A DNA stretch of 64,000 bases. Origin: Nitrospirota bacterium (GTDB taxonomy: Bacteria; Nitrospirota; Nitrospiria; SBBL01; JAADHI01). The stretch spans positions 972 to 64,971 of the forward strand of contig JAJDBV010000015.1 of the NCBI GenBank assembly GCA_029261165.1. Reading direction: 5' to 3'. The translations under genes and the position numbers were made by a program. Under the pieces are notes generated by a model. That model had not been told where the DNA came from, ran no database searches, and saw only the letters and a list, made by a program, of their open reading frames with translations. This document shows, piece by piece, positions 56,429-64,000 of this stretch (position 1 is its first letter; every line of letters begins with the position of its first letter).

Positions 56429-57841
56429 CTATATGCTGTCGGTGGTTTTCCCGCACGCAATAACAAGATGGGAATCTGTCTGGCGATATTCTCTTATTTT
56501 ATTGCGGAGCGTCCGAATACTGATCCCAAGGGCACGGGCCGCGTGGGTCCGGTTTCCTCCGTATTGTTCCAGAGTCTCCAGGATAAGGTTCCGCTCTGCC
56601 TCCCATACGGTCAAGCCGTCTGTGGAAGTTCGTTCTGTTCGCGTTGGGGTCGATCCTGGGAAGAGCAAATGCTCAGGAGTGACCGTTCCTTCTTCCGCCA
56701 GGATGACGGCCCGTTCGATGACATTTTCCAATTCCCTGACGTTTCCCCGCCATTCCTGTGCCGTCAGGAGAGAGAGGGCTTCCGGTGAAACCGAATGGGC
56801 GGGTTTCCTGTTTTTTCTCGCGCCCTCTTGAAGGAAGTGCTGGACCAGCAATGGAATGTCGGAGAGGCGATGGCGAAGGGGAGGGAGCTGAAGTGGAAAA
56901 ACATTCAGGCGGTAGTAGAGATCTTCCCGGAAGCGTCCAGCCTTTACTTCTTCCAAAAGAGGACGATTGGTTGTTGCAATGACCCGAATATCCAGTGAAA
57001 TGGGTTCCTTACTCCCGAGAAGGTCGACCTCTCTTTCCTGTAAGACACGCAAGAGTTTTGCCTGGAGGGAGAGATGCATTTCTCCCACCTCATCGAGGAG
57101 GAGCGTGCCATTGTGGGCCAATTCGAAGCGCCCCGGCTTCTTGGATACCGCGCCGGTAAAGGCTCCTGTTTCGTATCCGAACAGCTCGCTCTCAAGAAGT
57201 CCTTCTGGAACGGCGGCACAGTTGATCGCAATGAAGGGGCGATGCACCCTGGGACTGTGTTCATGGATATAGCGGGCGAGGAGTTCTTTTCCGGTACCAC
57301 TCTCCGCTTCAATAAGGATGGTTGTTTGGCTGGCGGCGGCCACTTTTGCCATCTTTAGGACTTTGCACATGGCCGGGTCTTGTGCCAGAAAAGTTCTTTC
57401 TTTTGATGCCGAGAGCGGTTCTGGTCTTTGTTCGTCTGAAGTGTGTTTCTTTGGAGCGGAAAGGGCGCGCCGGATCAGCGTCTCAAGGGCCTCTTGCTTG
57501 AAGGGTTTAACCAGATAATCAAATACCCCGGATTTTATTGCGACGACGGCGGTTTCAATGGTGCCGAAGGCCGACATCATGATGACAGGCATCTGAGGAA
57601 GGTCCTTCTTGACCTCACGGAAAAGAGTCATCCCGTTCATCCCAGGCATATTCATGTCCGTAATAATGGCTGCGATCGGATCTTCCCGCTCTCTTCTTTT
57701 TAAGAGGACGAGGGCATCTTCCCCGTTAGAGGTTGTCAGGGTCGCGTGTCCCAATTGTCTCAGAGATTCAGACAATGCGGCACGCATCGCAGGATCGTCA
57801 TCGACAATCATGATCGTTTTTGTCCCGATGTCTGGGGTCAT
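56429..57841 (-). CDS. Sigma54-dependent response regulator (NtrC family, FlrC/FleR-like)
   Basis: 470 aa. The receiver has a phospho-acceptor in IAAIITDMNMPGMNG. The AAA+ domain has GESGTGKE-type ESGTGKE, the GAFTGA motif and ESELFGY. A C-terminal Fis-type HTH is present (AARALGISIRTLRNKI). Confidence 0.9.
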   Translation of the reverse strand: MTPDIGTKTIMIVDDDPAMRAALSESLRQLGHATLTTSNGEDALVLLKRREREDPIAAIITDMNMPGMNGMTLFREVKKDLPQMPVIMMSAFGTIETAVVAIKSGVFDYLVKPFKQEALETLIRRALSAPKKHTSDEQRPEPLSASKERTFLAQDPAMCKVLKMAKVAAASQTTILIEAESGTGKELLARYIHEHSPRVHRPFIAINCAAVPEGLLESELFGYETGAFTGAVSKKPGRFELAHNGTLLLDEVGEMHLSLQAKLLRVLQEREVDLLGSKEPISLDIRVIATTNRPLLEEVKAGRFREDLYYRLNVFPLQLPPLRHRLSDIPLLVQHFLQEGARKNRKPAHSVSPEALSLLTAQEWRGNVRELENVIERAVILAEEGTVTPEHLLFPGSTPTRTERTSTDGLTVWEAERNLILETLEQYGGNRTHAARALGISIRTLRNKIREYRQTDSHLVIACGKTTDSI

Positions 57842-58776
57842 CCTGCCTCCTGTTCAATCTTTTTATTTTGCTTGTGCAGCGGAAAAATGATTGTAAATGT
57901 TGTGCCCCGGCCCTTTTTACTATGAACGCGTATGATCCCCCCATGTGCGGAGATGGCATTTTGTGCGATGGCCAGTCCCAGTCCGGTTCCTTTTTCTTTT
58001 GTTGTGAAGAAGGGGTCGAATATTTTTGGCAGGGTTTCTTCTGCGATACCGTTTCCTGTGTCTGAGATCGCTATAAAGACCTTCTCTTCTTCCTTTAGGT
58101 TTCGGTTGGAACATTCAGTCGAAGTGCTTCCAGTGTGGATGATCTCTGCCGAGAGTCTTAAGTCCCCCCCTTGCGGCATGGCATCGACGGCGTTCAGAGC
58201 CAGGTTGATAAGGACTTGTCGAATCAGGTCTTCATCGCACCACACAAGATCGGGGATGTTCTTGAGTGATTGACTGTATCGGACGTGATTTTGTTTGATG
58301 AGATGGGCGGAAAAATGTTCTACCCCTTCGAGAACTTTTCGAAGGTTGATATAACGTAAATTCGGGTTTGGTTTTCCTGTGAAGAGGAGAAGGTTCGAAA
58401 GTGCGTAGTCCATTGCATTCACCGCATCAGAGAGGTGTATCGTCCATGCCTTCTTTTCCGGGTCAGATGCGAAATGTTTCCTTAAGAGAGAAGCAAACAG
58501 CTCAATACTCCCGAGCGGATTTCTCAGCTCATGGGCCATTCGGCCCGCCATTTCTCCGACAGCTGCCAAGCGATGGTTTCTTTCGACTTCATCTCTCAAG
58601 AGGGCTTTTTCAAGTTGGCTCTCCTTGAGCGCCATGTTTTTTTCTTCCAGTTCGTGATGTAAGCGTCTGACCTGTTCTTCAAGGAGGCGATAGCATTGTT
58701 CCAGTTCAAACGAGGTTTGATTAAAGTTGCTAAAGGCCTCCTGGAGGAGGGTTATTTTCTTTTCTTCGATCGCCAT
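57838..58776 (-). CDS. Cytoplasmic sensor histidine kinase (FlrB/FleS-like)
   Basis: 312 aa with no TM. A coiled-coil N-terminus precedes the H-box MAHELRNPLGSI, an N-box (LINLALNAVDAM), and the G-boxes DTGNGI and GTGLGLAI. An ATGA overlaps the RR gene start. Confidence 0.88.
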   Translation of the reverse strand: MAIEEKKITLLQEAFSNFNQTSFELEQCYRLLEEQVRRLHHELEEKNMALKESQLEKALLRDEVERNHRLAAVGEMAGRMAHELRNPLGSIELFASLLRKHFASDPEKKAWTIHLSDAVNAMDYALSNLLLFTGKPNPNLRYINLRKVLEGVEHFSAHLIKQNHVRYSQSLKNIPDLVWCDEDLIRQVLINLALNAVDAMPQGGDLRLSAEIIHTGSTSTECSNRNLKEEEKVFIAISDTGNGIAEETLPKIFDPFFTTKEKGTGLGLAIAQNAISAHGGIIRVHSKKGRGTTFTIIFPLHKQNKKIEQEAG

Positions 58777-58795
58777 ATCGATCTCCTATCTGGAT

Positions 58796-60853
58796 TCAGC
58801 GGGTATTGGTCTTTTGCGCTGAGAGCCCTTTCAGCAGTGGATCTTTGGCCCTCTCAGCGAGTTGCGTGAAAATCTGAGCGCCTTTATTTTTTTTTCCGAT
58901 CCGCTCATAGCTCATTGCCAGCTGAAATTGGGCCCACTCGGCCTTCTCCCCTTTGGTGGTTCCTTTTAGAACCAAGTGATAGAACTCGGCAGATTTTTTG
59001 TATCTACCAAGCATGAAATAGGTGTCTGCCAACTTAAGGTGCAATTCTGAACGTTGTTCTTTAGACTTGTTTAATTTTTTGAAGCTTGAATTCATCTTTG
59101 TGTAAACTTCAAGAACAGGCCTAAGATCGCCTTTTCGCTGATGGGCATCTGCCAGAAGAAAAGAGACTTGATCCTTATTCCGGTGCTTTGGATAGCGTTT
59201 CAGCCATGAACGGTATTCCTGAATGGCCTGATCCATCTTTCCTTGGCGATCTTTTAATTTTGCCGAAAGTTCAAGAATATCCGGGAGACGAATACTTTTG
59301 GGATATTGTTTCAGAAATCGTCTTGCGTTCTCTTCTGCATTATTGTATTCCCCGGTTTGAAAGTGTACTTCTGTCAGTTGAAAGAGCGCTTCTTCTCCCA
59401 GAGCATTGTTCTCATTTTCCGCGATAGGGGTCAGGAGTTTCACCACTTCAGGGAAAAGGCCGGTTTGCGCATGCGCAATGGCGACCTTTAAGAGGAGCGA
59501 ACCGTTCGATTTTTTTGATTGGAAGTCGGCTTGATAGCGGTGGTAAAGTTCAACCACCCGCGTTGTCTCGTTCTCTTTCAATAATTTTTCAATTGTTTTG
59601 TCCGCGGTTTTTTGAAAGACTGAGCGTACCTTTTTCTTTAAAAGGGATGAAGGAAGTCGGTTCAAGAGTGTCCCCTCAATATTCAATGCAATGACCAAGG
59701 CACCATGCCTTGCCGATTCTTCTGCAGCTTCAAGAATAACCCTTTGAAGAGGTAAGGGGAGTGGTGGACCCGCGAGGAGGGCTGCTGCTCGTTTTTCTAT
59801 TTCTTTGAGAGCCAAACCACCAGCCCTGTTTTTCTTTCCCTCTGGACTGAACCTTAAATCATTGATCGCCGCAAGGAGATCGTAGATGTTTCTATCCGAT
59901 GACGCTGATTTGAGTGAGCGTATTCGTTTTGAAAAGGATCTGGAAAGCGTGTTCTTCCCTTCGAGATACCACGATTCTCCAATTTTTGACAAAGCGATCG
60001 GGGCAAGGAATGTATTCGGATAGAGATCAAAGAAGTTCATGAAGAGTTTCCGTGAACGCTTGTAGTGCTTTGTCCTATGCGCAGAATCGGCGTGCTGAAA
60101 AAAGGCTTCAGGCATCATTTTTAATGTGTCTACCCCTTTTGGGATTTTTTCATAGGTCCGATAGGACGCCTCAAATCTGTCCAACTGATATAACAGGTCA
60201 GCCTGTTTCATTAAGACCTCACTCCGACCTTCTGTGGAAATTTTATGAAGGTTGATCTTGTTGTAACTTTCAATGGCTTTTTCTATTTTCCCCCATCTCG
60301 TGTAGGTCTCTGCGATACCGAGTTGCGCCCACGACGTAAAAAGGCTTTCCGGCTGTTTTATAAGAAGGCGGTTATAGTTTGCAATCGATTCATAGTAGAG
60401 ATCCAAGAGCGCGTAAGTCTGTCCGATTCTCCAGAGCCCGCGAGCGGCATTTTCAGAATTGGGGTATGATGCCCGTGCACTCTGAAAGGCCGTAAGTGCC
60501 TTCCGAAGGTGTCTGGAATCTCCTTCTTCGGCAAGTTTTAAGTGAAGGTCTCCGAGTAAAAATAATGCTGTCTCTTCAATAGGACCCTTTTGCTGATCTT
60601 TCTTGAGACGGACGGTTTTTTTTAGGGCGATCGCATAGTTTTTTCTACGATAATCTTTCAGGATGTCACCGAAGGGCTTGTCTTTTTTTGTGATGTCTTT
60701 CTTTGGAAAGAAGGGGAGCGATCGATCATCAGCGAGGGCGAATCCATGGAAAGCGATGGATAGGATCACGACGCTCAACACACTCAAAATTCTCACAAAA
60801 GAGACAGTGAAAGGGGGTCGCGTGTGGTTCTGTATGATAAAAGGTTTCATCAT
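58796..60853 (-). CDS. Large secreted TPR-repeat protein
   Basis: 685 aa. The signal peptide is VRILSVLSVVILSIAFHGFALA. Many TPR-like units run throughout (YALLDLYYESIANYNRLL, LGRYKKSAEFYHLVL and similar). The start codon is uncertain. Confidence 0.7.
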   Translation of the reverse strand: MMKPFIIQNHTRPPFTVSFVRILSVLSVVILSIAFHGFALADDRSLPFFPKKDITKKDKPFGDILKDYRRKNYAIALKKTVRLKKDQQKGPIEETALFLLGDLHLKLAEEGDSRHLRKALTAFQSARASYPNSENAARGLWRIGQTYALLDLYYESIANYNRLLIKQPESLFTSWAQLGIAETYTRWGKIEKAIESYNKINLHKISTEGRSEVLMKQADLLYQLDRFEASYRTYEKIPKGVDTLKMMPEAFFQHADSAHRTKHYKRSRKLFMNFFDLYPNTFLAPIALSKIGESWYLEGKNTLSRSFSKRIRSLKSASSDRNIYDLLAAINDLRFSPEGKKNRAGGLALKEIEKRAAALLAGPPLPLPLQRVILEAAEESARHGALVIALNIEGTLLNRLPSSLLKKKVRSVFQKTADKTIEKLLKENETTRVVELYHRYQADFQSKKSNGSLLLKVAIAHAQTGLFPEVVKLLTPIAENENNALGEEALFQLTEVHFQTGEYNNAEENARRFLKQYPKSIRLPDILELSAKLKDRQGKMDQAIQEYRSWLKRYPKHRNKDQVSFLLADAHQRKGDLRPVLEVYTKMNSSFKKLNKSKEQRSELHLKLADTYFMLGRYKKSAEFYHLVLKGTTKGEKAEWAQFQLAMSYERIGKKNKGAQIFTQLAERAKDPLLKGLSAQKTNTR

Positions 60854-60868
60854 CTCGAACCGTATGGT

Positions 60869-60884
60869 AGCAAGAACAATGCCG
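60869..60884 (-). promoter_or_regulatory. Sigma54 (-24/-12) promoter candidate
   Basis: The minus-strand sequence is CGGCATTGTTCTTGCT, that is GGCA-N6-TTGCT, matching the TGGCAC-N5-TTGCW spacing exactly. It lies about 16 nt upstream of the annotated TPR start and downstream of a sigma54-activator gene. Confidence 0.45.
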
Positions 60885-60942
60885 TATCTGAGGACTTGAT
60901 TGTGGACGATTAAGAGAAAATCGGAGGGTTTAAGGCTTGGGA

Positions 60943-60983
60943 GACGATTGGAATCGTCAAGGATTTGACGGGGAGAGTCAAGG
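60943..60983. promoter_or_regulatory. Candidate enhancer (UAS) repeats upstream of the sigma54 promoter
   Basis: On the plus strand there is a perfect inverted repeat GACGAT-tgga-ATCGTC (60943-60958). GTCAAGG occurs twice, 21 bp apart (60956-60962 and 60977-60983), with TTGAC-N7-GTCAA between the copies. The region lies 75-110 bp upstream of the -12 element. Confidence 0.3.
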
Positions 60984-61036
60984 TTTTAAGGGAAATTTTG
61001 TTGCGATTCAGCAAGACATTATTTTAATCATCATGG

Positions 61037-62419
61037 TCAAGCTTCATCGGGAGAGGGCTGTCGCTTCAATCTTTCAACCAGAGTGGTTCGATTCATTTTA
61101 AGCAATTGCGCCGCACGGTTCTTGACGCCATTTGCCTTCAACATGGCCTGATCAAGGATTTTGTTCTCAAATTCCGTGACCACATGAGAAAAATTGATCC
61201 CTCCCTCGGGGAGTTCAAATTGAAAAACATGATCAGGGTGACTCGGATGTAAGACCTTTTGGGGGATGTCTTCGGAGGTGATCATCTCCCCATTTTTTAG
61301 GACGATCATTCGCTCGATCAAATTCTCGAGCTCCCGGATATTCCCCGGCCAGTGATAGTCCATGAGTACCTTTTGCGCATCGGGTGTGATTCCTTCGACC
61401 TCCTTCTTTTTTCGCGCGTTGAATTTTCGGAGAAAATAGTCGATCAAGAGGGGGATGTCTTCTTTTCGTTCTCTCAGGGGGGGGATGTTGATGGGGATTA
61501 CGTTGAGGCGGTAAAACAGATCTTCACGAAACCGCTTTTCCCGGACCAATTCTTCCAGATCCTGGTTTGTCGCCGCAACGATCCGGACATCGACGTGGAT
61601 CGATCTTGTGCCGCCGACTCTTTCAAATTCTCTTTCTTGTAAGACGCGAAGGAGTTTAACCTGTAGTCCGATCGGCATTTCACCAATCTCATCAAAAAAG
61701 ATCGTTCCCCCGTGTGCAAGTTCAAACCGCCCGGTCCGGGCAGATGTTGCCCCTGTAAAGGCGCCTCTTTCGTGACCGAAGAGCTCGCTCTCCAGTAGTG
61801 CATCCGGGATGGCACCGCAATTGACAGGGATCAAGGGTTTATTTTTTCTCGCACTGTTAAAGTGGATGGTCTTCGCGACGATCTCTTTTCCGGTCCCGCT
61901 CTCTCCTAAAATCAGGGCCGTGCTGTCACTGTCTGCGACCCTCTCGATCAGGTCATACACTTTGTGCATTGGCGGGCTGTTCCCCACCATATTCTTATAA
62001 CGGTATTTGTCACGAACCATCTGTTGGAGAAGGAGATTCTCATGTTTTAAGCGATTAAACTCAAGGGCATTCTTGACCAATGATAAGACCACATCGACTT
62101 GAAAGGGCTTCGCAATGAAATCAAATGCCCCTGCCTTCATTGCCTTCACCGAGAGTTCAATCGTTGCATAGGCGGTCAGGACCACGCAGATTGCCTGAGA
62201 ATTGATCTTTCGAATTTCCTTCAGGACATCGATGCCGCTCATGCTGGGCAAGCGAAGGTCGATGAGGTAAAGGTGGAAGGGGGCATTTTTCGCAAGTTTA
62301 ATGGCCTGTGGCCCATCAGAAACCGCCTTGATTTCATACCCCGCTTCCTGGAGCAGGGTCTCCAGTACGGCCCTGACGGCGTGGTCGTCTTCAACGATGA
62401 GAATACGGTTACCTTTCAC
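61037..62419 (-). CDS. Sigma54-dependent response regulator (NtrC family)
   Basis: 460 aa. The receiver contains HLYLIDLRLPSMSG. The AAA+ domain has GESGTGKE, GAFTGA and ESELFGH. A C-terminal HTH is present (AAQLLKMNRTTLVERL). Confidence 0.9.
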   Translation of the reverse strand: MKGNRILIVEDDHAVRAVLETLLQEAGYEIKAVSDGPQAIKLAKNAPFHLYLIDLRLPSMSGIDVLKEIRKINSQAICVVLTAYATIELSVKAMKAGAFDFIAKPFQVDVVLSLVKNALEFNRLKHENLLLQQMVRDKYRYKNMVGNSPPMHKVYDLIERVADSDSTALILGESGTGKEIVAKTIHFNSARKNKPLIPVNCGAIPDALLESELFGHERGAFTGATSARTGRFELAHGGTIFFDEIGEMPIGLQVKLLRVLQEREFERVGGTRSIHVDVRIVAATNQDLEELVREKRFREDLFYRLNVIPINIPPLRERKEDIPLLIDYFLRKFNARKKKEVEGITPDAQKVLMDYHWPGNIRELENLIERMIVLKNGEMITSEDIPQKVLHPSHPDHVFQFELPEGGINFSHVVTEFENKILDQAMLKANGVKNRAAQLLKMNRTTLVERLKRQPSPDEA

Positions 62420-63978
62420 GGGCCATCCTCAGGATGAACGGGTGCATGAAGGCCATGATCTGGAACCACGATGTGAATGGTTCGTTCCAATTGGCTCAGA
62501 ACAAAAGGCTTGTGCAGGACACAAATATGATTTTCTTTCATCATCCGGGTTACCTGCTCGCTGAGTATATCTCCGGTGACGAAGATGAAACGCTTGGTCA
62601 GGGGAGAACCGCGTGTCTTCAAGAGGTCGTAGAAAGTCTCTCCATTTATCCCGGGAATTTTCATATCTGAGATGATGAGATCATACTGCGCCGTGTCCAG
62701 GTTCTGGAGGGCTTCTTGAACCGATTTAACCAAGTGAGGTGTGTGACCCAACTGTGTTAGAAAATGGTAGTAAAGATCCAGGATCATCTCTTCATCATCG
62801 ACCACCAGAATTCTAAGCGGTTCCAGAGGAGGAAACTCCTCCGCGGAGGATTCAGGCGGCTTGAGCATTTGATCCGGCGCAATGGGCAGGCGAATGATGA
62901 ATGTGGTGCCGTGTGTGTTGGTCTCTTCAAGTACGAGTTCTCCGAAATGCTCCTTAAGGAGATCACGGCTGATAGACAGGCCCAGACCGCTTCCGGTTGA
63001 TTTTGTCGTGAAGAAGGGCTGAAATAATTTTGATTGGGTCTCCTTCGAAATCCCGGGACCGGTGTCTTTGACACGGACATAGATAGAATCCCCGACCGAT
63101 TCGGTCTTTACCGTAAGGGTTCCCTTCTGACCAGAGGAAACCATGGCATGGTGGGCATTGTTCACCAGATTAAGAAGGACTTCGACCATCTGTTGGTAGT
63201 CACCAATGATTCTCGGAAGGGCATGATCGGGCGTCAATTTCCTGACGATTCGGATGTTGTCAACGCGAAGTTGACGGCTCTTGAGTTCCAGGACGTTGTG
63301 GATGACCCCATTCATCCCGACCAGGATTTTCTCGGGCTTGTGCGAGCGAACGACTGAGAGCAGGTTCTGGACGATCTTAGAGGTCCGGATCGCCTCTGAG
63401 GAGATCTTTCTCAGTTGTTTTTTAATGTCCTGATTGACGTTTCTCCGGAGGAGAAGTTCTGAGAATCCAACGACACTGGTCAGCGGGTTATTTAGTTCAT
63501 GCGCCACCCCGGCGAGCATTTCGCCCATGGTGGCAAGTTTCTTGGACTGGTTTCGTTGAAGTTGGATCTCTTTTTCTTTAGTGAGATCCTGATAAAGGGA
63601 GACAAAGCCCTCTACTCTATCATTTTTATCTCGGACACACATGATTTTGATGGAGAGTTCAAAAATATCCCCCCCGGTTTTTGTGGCTTCAACCACCCCT
63701 TTTGCGGTTATAAGTTGGAGTGACTCAGGCATGATTTTATTTTGAAGGACGCTACATCCCTCCATTGTCAGAAGTGCGGGGAGTCCCTGTTCAATAATTT
63801 CTGCTTCTGAAAAACCAAAGATTTCACAGAATGCAGGATTTGCCAGAAGGAGATCCCCTTTCTTATTCTGCAACAAAAGGCCATTTTCTGAAATGTCGAG
63901 AGCCTTCTTGTATTGGAGGTGCGTCGGAAGGGCTCCCTGATCCTGATCAACTTCTCGTTGGAAACCGGTAAAGCCCAT
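62416..63978 (-). CDS. Hybrid sensor histidine kinase (PAS, HisKA, HATPase, C-terminal receiver)
   Basis: The PAS-like N-terminus is ISENGLLLQNKKGDLLLANPAFCEIFGFSE. The H-box is VAHELNNPLTSV, with G-boxes DTGPGI and GSGLGLSI and a receiver (ILVVDDEEMILDLY...DLIISDMKIPGING). The frame stays open upstream to the window edge at 64000, so the true start may lie outside the window. Confidence 0.85.
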   Translation of the reverse strand: MGFTGFQREVDQDQGALPTHLQYKKALDISENGLLLQNKKGDLLLANPAFCEIFGFSEAEIIEQGLPALLTMEGCSVLQNKIMPESLQLITAKGVVEATKTGGDIFELSIKIMCVRDKNDRVEGFVSLYQDLTKEKEIQLQRNQSKKLATMGEMLAGVAHELNNPLTSVVGFSELLLRRNVNQDIKKQLRKISSEAIRTSKIVQNLLSVVRSHKPEKILVGMNGVIHNVLELKSRQLRVDNIRIVRKLTPDHALPRIIGDYQQMVEVLLNLVNNAHHAMVSSGQKGTLTVKTESVGDSIYVRVKDTGPGISKETQSKLFQPFFTTKSTGSGLGLSISRDLLKEHFGELVLEETNTHGTTFIIRLPIAPDQMLKPPESSAEEFPPLEPLRILVVDDEEMILDLYYHFLTQLGHTPHLVKSVQEALQNLDTAQYDLIISDMKIPGINGETFYDLLKTRGSPLTKRFIFVTGDILSEQVTRMMKENHICVLHKPFVLSQLERTIHIVVPDHGLHAPVHPEDGP

Positions 63979-64000
63979 GATCTGGGACGTCTCGGAGAAG

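Overview
This 64-kb chromosomal window (about 50% GC) comes from a flagellated Gram-negative (diderm) bacterium. I cannot assign taxonomy from sequence alone. Nearly all of it is coding.

Gene order, left to right:
- acpP-fabF-rnc.
- A 9-kb module of secreted and membrane proteins (2799-11715): a transglutaminase-core protein, a small 2-TM protein, a protein with prenyltransferase-like alpha/alpha-toroid repeats and Cys-rich repeats, and a 1094-aa repeat/Ig-like giant.
- A one-carbon operon built around methylene-THF: 5-formyl-THF cyclo-ligase, folD, metV-like, metF, panB.
- OsmC and a DUF2157-like membrane protein.
- A minus-strand luxE-like/luxC-like/class-III aminotransferase operon.
- uppP-crcB and a propeller lipoprotein.
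- tRNA-Val and tRNA-Asp.
- A tol-pal cluster (tolQRAB, pal, coiled-coil lipoprotein, second pal, cpoB).
- mutL, miaA, mtnP, a lipoprotein, a PfkB kinase, a PilW-like TPR lipoprotein and rodZ.
- tRNA-Thr, followed by an AT-rich decayed islet: Fic, an EAL fragment and receiver-domain pseudogenes.
- aceE-aceF-lpdA.
- A long minus-strand flagellar block: hybrid HK, sigma54 RR, TPR, HK, sigma54 RR, flgBC, fliEFGHIJ, a motE-like gene, motB, motA.

No CRISPR array, transposase, integrase or recognisable defence system was seen.

The best candidates for undescribed biology are:
- the transglutaminase/toroid/propeller exoprotein module;
- the LuxE-LuxC-aminotransferase operon, which could convert a carboxylate to an amine;
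- the duplicated pal plus coiled-coil unit;
- a 16-residue N-terminal tag shared by two unrelated lipoproteins;
- a sigma54 promoter with upstream repeats in front of the flagellar regulatory block.

All calls come from reading the sequence and the ORF translations. No database search was run.
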